64,000 nucleotides of DNA, from positions 23,970 to 87,969 of the IMG/VR virus record IMGVR_UViG_3300042557_001040; one strand, given 5' to 3'. The notes under the pieces were generated by a model that saw only the letters and a list, made by a program, of their open reading frames with translations, was not told where the DNA came from and ran no database searches. Shown one piece after another: positions 30,007 to 38,990 of the stretch; within the stretch, counting starts at the first letter, position 1, and every line of letters begins with the position of its first letter. This DNA is from a virus. The position numbers and the translations under genes are program-made.

Positions 30007-33000
30007 TTATTGTATTTTAATTGAACTCAAAATATTATTAAGTTGACCCATATCAGTTGTAGATAGCCCAGCTGGACTTCTTTGTTTTTGCTGGTTATAA
30101 TTCATTCTTGAGCTAAGATACGGAACTAAGTAGTTCATACGTATAACATTTTTTAATTCTGGATAAGTCATTGTGGACATATTGTAAGGCAACTCAGTAG
30201 TAATATTGTCATTTAAATAGGCTCCTGTAGTAGGATCTTGTTTCTGTGCTGTAATATAAATCTTTCCGTCATCACTTTGAGTGCTGTTTGGCAGTATTTC
30301 CACTTTGATTCCAAGATTTGTAAAATCATACATTGTATGAACAGCCCCCGCATTTCTTATTTTAAGATATTCATTTTGATCATTGATCACTGCAAAGTTT
30401 TGAAGTATCTCTGGAATACCCCTTCCTGCTCCCAAATTAATTGGAAAAGTGTATGTTCCTCCCCAATGAGTTTCTTCTGCTTTAGTTTCATCCTTCTTAG
30501 CATCTCGTAAAGTTACTTCAAGAGCAAGTCCCTGATTATTAAGAGAAGAACTTGAATGCACCTTTAATGATGTGACATTTTTAGGATCTTTTAAAGCAGT
30601 TCTAATCCTGTCTATTTCTTCAGGTTTATCTAACACTGTTGCTGTCGTTCCTGATCCAGAAAATACAATTCCCGTATGTTGATAGGGACCATCAATTGTT
30701 TTTACCAAGTTATCTTTTACATCACCTGTAACATCCCAAATAGGATTTGCTTTAAAATCACTATCTGCAGATACGTTTTGATCAATGGGTATTTGTGTGT
30801 AAAGTTTTGTCAATTTTGCTTGAAAATCAGAACTGTTCATTGGGAAAGCAGCTTTTTCATAATCTGTATTAAGCGTATAATAGTAGCTATTATTTCCCAT
30901 TTTCATTGTAACCTTTCCAGGAAGCCATGTTCCTGTTTTACCCTGATATGTACCAGGCTGAATTGTAACAACAGTTTTTCCATTTAAATAACCTTCAGCA
31001 ATTAAATTTTTTAATTCAGGAGTAAGGGCTACAACATCATCACTAAAAAATCTAGAACCTGTAACTTTAACCTGAGGAATCCTATCTAAACTTTTTAAAA
31101 TATTTTCTTTTGTTATAACCTGCCCATTTTCTATCAATCCCCTATATTCAGGATTATTAGCAGCTATTTTCATCACCACATCTTTGGCTTTTTTTAACAT
31201 ACCAGCTTGTTGCTGCATACTTTGCAAGTCATTTTTATGATCTTGCCATTGCATCAGTTGTTGTAAATTTTCTGGCTTTTGTAAAGCATTCCAACCAACT
31301 CCTGAAAGTGATAAGTCTAAAAGTTCATGAAAATCTATTTTACCAGGATCAACACCATGTAGCTGACGAAGCTTATTTAGTGCAGCTTCATTTCCAGTTT
31401 GTTTAGAGAATGCAAATAGTGAAGAATAAACATCTCTTAAAGCAGCTTTTTCTTTTTCTGTAGGAGTGTATTTTTGCTCGTTAGCAGTGGCTTGCTCATA
31501 ATTTCTAAAATAATCTCTAATAACAGGCATATAATTTCTGTCAACGCCCATATTTTCTAATATGCCAACAGCTCCTCCATTGGTACCAATAAGATTGTTT
31601 AAAGCATCTGCTCTTTTTAAAGCAAGTTTAGATTGAAGCGTGCTAATATAATTTAAAGGACGAGATATGTCGCTAGCACTCATACCACTAAATGTTAGTG
31701 GACTCTTTTTTGCCCGTGTTGTAGTAGTACCATCAGCATTAGTTACTGTTTCTGTTCCTTCTAATTTACCTGTAATAGGTTGGTCTGCTTTTTTCCAATC
31801 AAATATATCTTCTTTAAGATCCTGCCCTCTTTCTGATATATCTGTTTTTCTCATTGCATTTAATATTGATGCAAATGTTTTTTGTATTTCAATATCAGAA
31901 TTTAGTGCTGAGAAATAAGCATCATTTTTCTTAATGGTTATTTTTTCAGAAGCAGACTTTATATTAGAAAAACTAGTTATATCCTGTTCTCTATACTGAG
32001 AAGAAAAGATTTCTTTTGGATTTTCTGTAAAAGATTTTATATATTTTAATCTTTTTTCCTCACTGCTCTTTTTATCTCCACCAAACTCATTATCATAATC
32101 TTGTTTAAGAGAGTTATACTGACCAAGATTTTGTTTTAAAGCCATTGCTCTACTAGTAAGTTCTGCATTTTTTTGTTGACCATCTGGTGTAGAAAGATCA
32201 ATCACACTTTTTTCAGCTTGTATTTCTTTAAGTTCTTTTTCTAAATCACCTTGTATTTGTGAAATATATTCTTTCCTTCTATTTTTATATTTATCATAGC
32301 TGGTTGTAGCATATTCTAAAATTGTTTGTTTTTCATCTTTTTCCTGGGCTTTACCCTGATCTAAAAGTTGTTCATAAGTGGCTTCACCTAATATATTAGA
32401 TTGTTGTGTATATAATGGATCACTAAGCAATACTTCTTGTGCAAATTGCCTATAGTTTTTCTTGAATTTAACACCGTCTTTTACACCTGTAATATATGTA
32501 CCACCATCAATATCTTGGAATGTTTCAAACCCATAATCTTTTACAGCCTTAGTTAGTATTTCTTGAGGATTAATATACGCCCAAGATTTTCTACCCATCA
32601 CTTTATAATTTGAAACATTTCCATTTCCTGTTTTTAAACTATCCAAATCTCTTTTAAGCCAGTCATATATTTGAGGATTAAATTTACGTCTTGTTTCTAA
32701 ATCGTCAGAGTTTCTCCAAGATTCCATTTTTTCAAGCTCTTTTTTATTTTGAGCAGTATAATAAGCATCGTATATAAATGCTTTATCTGTAATCATTGGC
32801 TCAAACAAACTATTTGCAGCGTTAACGTTTTCTTGTAAAGAAAAATCAGAACCAGCTAATTTTTGTAGCTGCACATCTGCATTTTTAAAATACTGATTTC
32901 TGCGTTCTATATTAGTTGGATCTGTAAGTTGTTTCCTAAGAGCACTATAAGAACTTGAAACTGAGCTTAAACCTTTTTCGTATCTCTCAGTTTTTTTATC

Positions 33001-33087
33001 TATGACATATTTTAAAAAAGTAAAGTCTGGTGTAAATAACACCGGACTAAAACTTTGATCTATGGATGTTTGAAATTGAAGAGGCAT
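30007..33087 (-). CDS. virion cargo/structural protein
   Basis: 1026-aa helical/coiled-coil protein directly upstream of the RNAP gene, in the usual crAss cargo position. Confidence 0.7.
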   Translation of the reverse strand: MPLQFQTSIDQSFSPVLFTPDFTFLKYVIDKKTERYEKGLSSVSSSYSALRKQLTDPTNIERRNQYFKNADVQLQKLAGSDFSLQENVNAANSLFEPMITDKAFIYDAYYTAQNKKELEKMESWRNSDDLETRRKFNPQIYDWLKRDLDSLKTGNGNVSNYKVMGRKSWAYINPQEILTKAVKDYGFETFQDIDGGTYITGVKDGVKFKKNYRQFAQEVLLSDPLYTQQSNILGEATYEQLLDQGKAQEKDEKQTILEYATTSYDKYKNRRKEYISQIQGDLEKELKEIQAEKSVIDLSTPDGQQKNAELTSRAMALKQNLGQYNSLKQDYDNEFGGDKKSSEEKRLKYIKSFTENPKEIFSSQYREQDITSFSNIKSASEKITIKKNDAYFSALNSDIEIQKTFASILNAMRKTDISERGQDLKEDIFDWKKADQPITGKLEGTETVTNADGTTTTRAKKSPLTFSGMSASDISRPLNYISTLQSKLALKRADALNNLIGTNGGAVGILENMGVDRNYMPVIRDYFRNYEQATANEQKYTPTEKEKAALRDVYSSLFAFSKQTGNEAALNKLRQLHGVDPGKIDFHELLDLSLSGVGWNALQKPENLQQLMQWQDHKNDLQSMQQQAGMLKKAKDVVMKIAANNPEYRGLIENGQVITKENILKSLDRIPQVKVTGSRFFSDDVVALTPELKNLIAEGYLNGKTVVTIQPGTYQGKTGTWLPGKVTMKMGNNSYYYTLNTDYEKAAFPMNSSDFQAKLTKLYTQIPIDQNVSADSDFKANPIWDVTGDVKDNLVKTIDGPYQHTGIVFSGSGTTATVLDKPEEIDRIRTALKDPKNVTSLKVHSSSSLNNQGLALEVTLRDAKKDETKAEETHWGGTYTFPINLGAGRGIPEILQNFAVINDQNEYLKIRNAGAVHTMYDFTNLGIKVEILPNSTQSDDGKIYITAQKQDPTTGAYLNDNITTELPYNMSTMTYPELKNVIRMNYLVPYLSSRMNYNQQKQRSPAGLSTTDMGQLNNILSSIKIQ

Positions 33088-33134
33088 ATAATAGAATTTA
33101 AGAAAAAATCTAGAAAGTTTAAAATTAAACTTTA
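33088..33134 (-). promoter_or_regulatory. candidate phage late promoter/operator
   Basis: Minus strand AAAGTTTAA...TAAATTCTATTATA, with inverted repeat AAAGTTT-N6-AAACTTT. Similar elements occur at 38935-38990 and 49335-49382. Confidence 0.45.
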
Positions 33135-33139
33135 GAAGT

Positions 33140-36100
33140 TTATCTTAGAAAAGGATTGTGATAAGCATAGCCCCCATATGCATATGATAGTTGTTGATCT
33201 GCATCTGCAACAGGGATTCTTGTGTTATTTTTTGAAGGATTGTAAGGATAAGTAGTGGCATAACCAGATCTTCTTCCTATCATATTATTCAGTATTGTTT
33301 GAGCGGCTCTATGCTTTTCTTCAGGAGTTCCTTCTATATTCTGAAGAATTTGATTATAGTTGTCTATATAAGCTTTTGCATTTTCAGGAGTGCTGCCACT
33401 AAGTTCTTGTCTTTTCATGGCTTCAAAAGCTGCTCTTCCACCATACGGATTAAACGTTAAAAGACCTGTTTTAGGATTAATAAAATAATAAGGACTTTCA
33501 GTGATGTTCATATTGTACAGTTTTGCAGCATTTGTCATACCTGTACCAAGGGCTTGTGTAAGAGCAGTATCTGCCAATCTTTTTTCTCTTCTGTACTTGT
33601 CATTAATATTCCACCTATTTTCCCTATTTGTATTAACTACATTTGCATTATAAGCTGCCGCATTATTCATAATGTTAGCTAAGTTTTCTTGATACCTGTT
33701 ATATACACCAAGATTTCTTGTGTTAACTCCATTAATAATATTAGCTACATTTTCTCCAGTTTGTCCTTGTAAATAAGAAAGATTTGCAGCTAAACTTTGA
33801 CCAGGAAGAGATTCTTGCAATGCTCTTGCTGCAGTATTAACACCCTGATAGACATTTTGAACTGCTCCTTTCCAATCTTCCAAAGTAACATCTGGAACAT
33901 ATGGAGTGGCTTTTACATAGTCAAATGGTTCTTTTTTAATACCACTTCTATTAAGTAGTGCGTTTAAAGCTGATAGCTTATCTTCAGGAAGCCACCCATA
34001 GGGAGGATTCATAAAAGGAACATTTGTTTGTACAGGAGATACTTTAGGGGCTTCTTCTTTTTTATCAGAAGGTTTTTCTTCGATTTTACCAGTTCCACCA
34101 CCTGTAGGTGTAGTGCTAGGCTCATCTCCTGTATATACATATTCAGGTTCTGTTCCAGGGGTTGTTACAACTTTTCCTTTAGGATCATATAAATCCGTTG
34201 TATATGTTTTTCCATTCCAAACAAAAGTACCAAGACCTTGATTTCTAGCATTAGCAAAAGCTCTATTAAAACTTGAGCTCCCTCTGCTAGGCGCAGCACC
34301 TGCAGCAATTGTTTGAGATGTGCCAGCTACCCCTGGTTTTTCATAAAGATCTTTTATAGGAGTGGGATTGTAACCACCAGGGACACCAGATGCTCTAGGA
34401 AAAAACTTAGCTCTAATTTTTCTTTTATTGTAATCAAATTCTTTTTCAGGAGGAAACTGACTATTCTGAGTGCCTTGATATTTAGGAAGACCACCATATC
34501 TCATTTCTTCTTGTGGCATTTCTTCTTGAGACTGTTGTTGAGGTTGAGGAGATTCTTGACTCATGCCTCCTCCCATAATATTTTCAGCAACTTTGGGAAT
34601 ACCCTGAGGAAATCCTTTCATAGATTCTTGTACAACAGAAAGATAGGCAAGCTTTTCCTCATAGTTGTCTATCATTTTTTTAGCCGTGTTCTTACTTATA
34701 TTGTCAGAATAAGGATCTTGAAGAACAGCTTTATATTTATTTACATCATACTTTTTAGCTATTTCAGCTGGAGTGTAACCTTTCTTAGAAGGAGACATTC
34801 CAAACATCTTGAGAACATTAGGATCTTTAATTATCATCTTCTTTGTATCAGAATAAATAAAGGTTCCTTCTGGTACATTAAGTGGTGTGCCACCTTGAGT
34901 GTGACGTTTGCCTCCAATCTTCATGTGCTCATTCATACCATCTCCATCCATATCTCCATAAGCAGTTTCTCCTTTCTCAGCTTCTATGTTAGCTTCTTCT
35001 CTAGGAACTTCTTGTATTGTATTTGAAGCATTTTCATAAGTGTTGTCTGTCATCTTAGAGTAGGTGTTTCTTTGACCAAGGTCAAAACCATATCCAGATT
35101 GACCACCATATGCCATTTCTTGATTTGGAGTGCCAACAATTCTCACTCTACTCATAGACGGTGTTTCTTCAGAATCAGGTGTTTCAAGGATGCGTATTTT
35201 CATATCTTCATCTGTTTCTCCCCCCTCTTCAGAAGCAGGAAGGTTGTTTTTTATTCTAAAATATTTATCTTGAGCTTTCTTAAGATATCCTCCCCAAGTT
35301 ATTTCATTTCCATAATCCTCTCTTGGAATCTTATTTAGAACTCCAGTTTTACCCTTTAAGAAGTTATTTGTAAAAGTGGGATCATACCAAGCTCCAAATA
35401 TTAAAGAACCATATTTAGGAAGCAAGTCATTAACTAATGATTTAGCAACCTGTCTTTCAAAATTTGGGTCAGTATTATAAGCATTTTCAAACTCATTCCA
35501 ACTCATGGATTGTTTAAAGTGCTTATTAAATAAACCTTTACGAGTACCTTCTACAATACCCCATCTTCCCATAGCAGTGGCTCTTTGACCTTCAGGACCA
35601 ACAAGTTGGGTTCTTCCACCAGTTTTTGATTTTTCTGTAGCAGCTAATGTATCTAATACAGCATCTGCATCCATTTGATTGGCATCTAATACAGTGATTT
35701 CAGAAGGATCAATTATAGTATTTCTATTATACTTTCTTCCTTTAGGGGCAAACTTGTGAGAACTTGCTTCAGAAGATACTGGACCAGAAGAATAAGACTG
35801 AGGAACAGGTGCTTTTTGTTGAACAACAGGCACATTAAAAAAATCAGCAGGAAGAGAAATAGGTGTACTTGGTAAATAAAGATCCCCTGTTTGACGAGGA
35901 ACCTGAAGACCATCTTCTGCATAACTTATTCTAGGATGGAATTGGTTAGTCATCTGACCTTGATTCACTGTATACTGAAGATCAGGATTTTGCCAACCCT
36001 CATTTACAGTCCACATCCCCTTGTTTCTTTTTTCAACAAGTTGATTATCGGGAAGCATGTCTCTTCTATACTTTAAATCAAATTGCCTATCAACGTCTTT

Positions 36101-37141
36101 ATTATTAAAGAAATTAGAAGCAGTTTCTGCTAAATTAAGTCCTGCATTTAAAGCATAATTATATGCTCCTAACTTTTGAACAAATGTTTTATTTTTAAAA
36201 GGAGAAGTTGTGTCAAAATTTATATTTGAAATCGGTTCAGGCATTCCATAAGTCCCTGTTATAGGATTTCTAATAAAACCTTCTCCTAAATCAGTTTTTA
36301 CTTGAGGAGACGCAGGAATATTTGCTGAAGAAATCGGTTCACATTTTCCTGTAAAAGGATTTTTTTGTTGACCATCTGGACAAGTTTTTCCTAAAGATTG
36401 TGAAACACCTTGCTGAAAAGCAGAATTCATACCTTTAAAAGTAGGAGACATTTCAGTATTAAATGTGGGTTTTCCTGCTATACCAACAATACTATTTTGA
36501 TATTGTGCTTTTGGCAACCCCTTTCCTGTTATGCGCACTCTAACAGCTTCAGGTTCACCACCATATGCTTTTTGTTCAGATTTTCCTGGAGACACCCAAT
36601 CAAGAAAAGGAACAACATTATTGTATCCTGCTTCATATAATCTTTGACCTCTATTATATTGACCAAAAGGATTTAAAAAAAGTCCTGGGGTATGCAAACC
36701 AACTTTTTCTATACCTTTATTTAAAACTTTAGAAGGATAACGACCTGTTTTATCAACTGCCTGAAATACTTTTTTTCCAGCCAAATAAGGTACATCAATT
36801 AACTTAGCCCCCAAACCTTTAACACCTCCAATAACTTTTGGAGATTTTCCAATTTTTGTAATTTTTCCATAAATAGGAATTGAACCAAGAACATTCCAAG
36901 CAAGACCTAAAGTGTTTAATGCCTTATTTTTCCAACCAGGTTCATTTATTAATTTTCTAGCAGAAGAAGTTACATAAGGAAGATTTGATAAACCGGTGGG
37001 ATCAAAAAAAGAAATTAAATCATCTACATCATCTGGTTCATGCATAGCAAATTTTGTTATAGGCAAACCTAGGATAGGACCTGTGCCATAAAGTCCTTTT
37101 TGAGCTTTGGGAAGATCTTTACCTGTAATGCGTATCTTCAT
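33140..37141 (-). CDS. modular virion protein with lysozyme-like domain and xxYGG motifs
   Basis: 1333 aa. ANIEAEKGE...GGKRHTQGG...FIYSD block, LAATE...AMGRWGI lysozyme-like motif, FNRAFANAR..F.WNGKTYTT mini-domain, repeated AYGG and LPKAQ. Confidence 0.7.
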   Translation of the reverse strand: MKIRITGKDLPKAQKGLYGTGPILGLPITKFAMHEPDDVDDLISFFDPTGLSNLPYVTSSARKLINEPGWKNKALNTLGLAWNVLGSIPIYGKITKIGKSPKVIGGVKGLGAKLIDVPYLAGKKVFQAVDKTGRYPSKVLNKGIEKVGLHTPGLFLNPFGQYNRGQRLYEAGYNNVVPFLDWVSPGKSEQKAYGGEPEAVRVRITGKGLPKAQYQNSIVGIAGKPTFNTEMSPTFKGMNSAFQQGVSQSLGKTCPDGQQKNPFTGKCEPISSANIPASPQVKTDLGEGFIRNPITGTYGMPEPISNINFDTTSPFKNKTFVQKLGAYNYALNAGLNLAETASNFFNNKDVDRQFDLKYRRDMLPDNQLVEKRNKGMWTVNEGWQNPDLQYTVNQGQMTNQFHPRISYAEDGLQVPRQTGDLYLPSTPISLPADFFNVPVVQQKAPVPQSYSSGPVSSEASSHKFAPKGRKYNRNTIIDPSEITVLDANQMDADAVLDTLAATEKSKTGGRTQLVGPEGQRATAMGRWGIVEGTRKGLFNKHFKQSMSWNEFENAYNTDPNFERQVAKSLVNDLLPKYGSLIFGAWYDPTFTNNFLKGKTGVLNKIPREDYGNEITWGGYLKKAQDKYFRIKNNLPASEEGGETDEDMKIRILETPDSEETPSMSRVRIVGTPNQEMAYGGQSGYGFDLGQRNTYSKMTDNTYENASNTIQEVPREEANIEAEKGETAYGDMDGDGMNEHMKIGGKRHTQGGTPLNVPEGTFIYSDTKKMIIKDPNVLKMFGMSPSKKGYTPAEIAKKYDVNKYKAVLQDPYSDNISKNTAKKMIDNYEEKLAYLSVVQESMKGFPQGIPKVAENIMGGGMSQESPQPQQQSQEEMPQEEMRYGGLPKYQGTQNSQFPPEKEFDYNKRKIRAKFFPRASGVPGGYNPTPIKDLYEKPGVAGTSQTIAAGAAPSRGSSSFNRAFANARNQGLGTFVWNGKTYTTDLYDPKGKVVTTPGTEPEYVYTGDEPSTTPTGGGTGKIEEKPSDKKEEAPKVSPVQTNVPFMNPPYGWLPEDKLSALNALLNRSGIKKEPFDYVKATPYVPDVTLEDWKGAVQNVYQGVNTAARALQESLPGQSLAANLSYLQGQTGENVANIINGVNTRNLGVYNRYQENLANIMNNAAAYNANVVNTNRENRWNINDKYRREKRLADTALTQALGTGMTNAAKLYNMNITESPYYFINPKTGLLTFNPYGGRAAFEAMKRQELSGSTPENAKAYIDNYNQILQNIEGTPEEKHRAAQTILNNMIGRRSGYATTYPYNPSKNNTRIPVADADQQLSYAYGGYAYHNPFLR

Positions 37142-37148
37142 AAGTTTA

Positions 37149-38894
37149 TTAGATTACTTCAATTTTATAACCCATTTGCTTAAGTCTTTCCACTTCAGCT
37201 CTAGAAAGATCTCCTTCCCATCCCACTTCATAATCTTCAACTCCACCTCCTTCAGCATATCCATACTGTGACATCATGTCTTCATTACCAGCAGCCTTAA
37301 ACCTGCGCTCAGCTAACCACTGAGGCATTTGACCACCTTGCGCCATACCCATACCATACATTGCTTTATTGGGTCTATCTACAGGTTGATTAAACAGTCT
37401 TGGTATTTCAGAATGATAACCACCATATGCAAATTGACCATATTCAGGAATATATGTTCCTCCCCATTGACCACCATCATCAAACCTTAGTTTACTAAAA
37501 AGTTTTGCTGCTTTTCCTAATCCTTTAAGTTTTCCCAATTGTTGAAGAAGCTCACTTCCTTTAAAAGCTTCTTTTATTCTAGAGCCAAGGCCCAAAGCCT
37601 CTGCAGCTTCTGCAGCTTGAACAGGAATAGTAGAAGGAGCAATGGGCAGTGGTTTTCCCCAACGGGCAGCTGCCGCTCTTTGAGCATTAATAGATCTCAT
37701 AGCTGCTTTTTCTTCTTCTACAGCTTGCAAAGCTGCCCTCGCATCTCTATCAGCAGATAAAGATTGTGCAAGACGTTCTTCTCCTGCAGCTTCTTGGAGC
37801 ATTCTATTTGTTCTTACAACATTTTCAGCAGTGCCTGGTTTTGTAAAAGCCAATGCATTTGGAATCTCAGCTTGATCTAAAGCTTTTAATATATCTTTCT
37901 GACGTTTTGGTAATTTTTTATACCACTCTGAAGTAGTTTTAAGATCTTCAAGACTTTTACCCTGCACTTCTTTCAGTAACTCTTTAAAACCTTTACTGTC
38001 TAAACCCATTTTTGTTGCCATTTCCAACATCCTATTATAGTTTAAACGAGAGCTGCCAGGCATCATCATACTTTTTAATCTTGCTAATTCTTGAGGACTT
38101 GTATTTTTTAAATATCTTTTTCCTAAAGCATAAGCTGCCCCTAAACCCCCTATTCCTGTACCTGTTAACACTAAAGCAGAAGGATTTATTCCTCCTGAAG
38201 GACCTGTTTTTTTAGGGGTGGGTTTATTAGGAGAAGGTTTGGGAGTAGAAACAACATTACCACTACTGTCTATAGAAACTGTAGGAATTGAATCAGGAGA
38301 AGAAACAATAGGTGAAGGTGTCACAACAGGAGGAACAGAAACAGGGGCAACAGAAGATGAGTCTGAAGAAACAACTGTTGGGGGAATTATAGCTCCAGAT
38401 GTAGTTGAAACACTACTTTTATATTCTGATAAAAGATTTGGATTATTAGCAATACTGTTTATTAATTTTTTATTTTGTTGTGCAGTGCCTCTATAGTTAC
38501 TAATACCTGCCGCTTGTGCAAGTTTTTTTCTAAAACTATATCCTGATTGTTTTCCTTGAGCACCTAAAAAATCAACAACACTAACTCCTTCATATGGATT
38601 TATACTAAAATTAGGAGGAGGAGGTGGTGGCGCAACAGTATATGATGCTTGTGTGTAAGGAGCAGCTGCCATTTGTTGTGCGGCTGCTTGTTGATAAGGA
38701 TTAGATTGAGTGACTGGTAACTGACTTAACCAATAATCCATTGCTTCTTGCCAACTTTCATAGTCGGGGTAGTCTTGTTCTTGGGGAGCACCATAACCAC
38801 CACCATTTTGATACCAAAGTGGGCCTGAGTTTGTAGAACCTTGATAGTTGCCGCCATGTGCCATATAAGGCATGTAATCATAAAAACTGTACAT
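37149..38894 (-). CDS. modular virion protein with DUF3597-like cell-wall-binding domain
   Basis: SVVDFL..QG..SGYSFRKKLA...GISNYRGTAQQNKKLI, Pro/Ser linker, hydrophobic helix and six xxxGG motifs. Confidence 0.7.
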   Translation of the reverse strand: MYSFYDYMPYMAHGGNYQGSTNSGPLWYQNGGGYGAPQEQDYPDYESWQEAMDYWLSQLPVTQSNPYQQAAAQQMAAAPYTQASYTVAPPPPPPNFSINPYEGVSVVDFLGAQGKQSGYSFRKKLAQAAGISNYRGTAQQNKKLINSIANNPNLLSEYKSSVSTTSGAIIPPTVVSSDSSSVAPVSVPPVVTPSPIVSSPDSIPTVSIDSSGNVVSTPKPSPNKPTPKKTGPSGGINPSALVLTGTGIGGLGAAYALGKRYLKNTSPQELARLKSMMMPGSSRLNYNRMLEMATKMGLDSKGFKELLKEVQGKSLEDLKTTSEWYKKLPKRQKDILKALDQAEIPNALAFTKPGTAENVVRTNRMLQEAAGEERLAQSLSADRDARAALQAVEEEKAAMRSINAQRAAAARWGKPLPIAPSTIPVQAAEAAEALGLGSRIKEAFKGSELLQQLGKLKGLGKAAKLFSKLRFDDGGQWGGTYIPEYGQFAYGGYHSEIPRLFNQPVDRPNKAMYGMGMAQGGQMPQWLAERRFKAAGNEDMMSQYGYAEGGGVEDYEVGWEGDLSRAEVERLKQMGYKIEVI

Positions 38895-38934
38895 AAGAAT
38901 TAGTTTTATGTGCTTTTAGAGAAGCACTATTTGT

Positions 38935-38990
38935 AATATAATTTAAGCTTTTTTGTTAACATTTTAAAATTTATTATTCATTTAAACTTT
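38935..38990 (-). promoter_or_regulatory. candidate phage late promoter
   Basis: Minus strand AAAGTTTAA...TAAATTATATTA upstream of the 581-aa gene. Confidence 0.4.
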
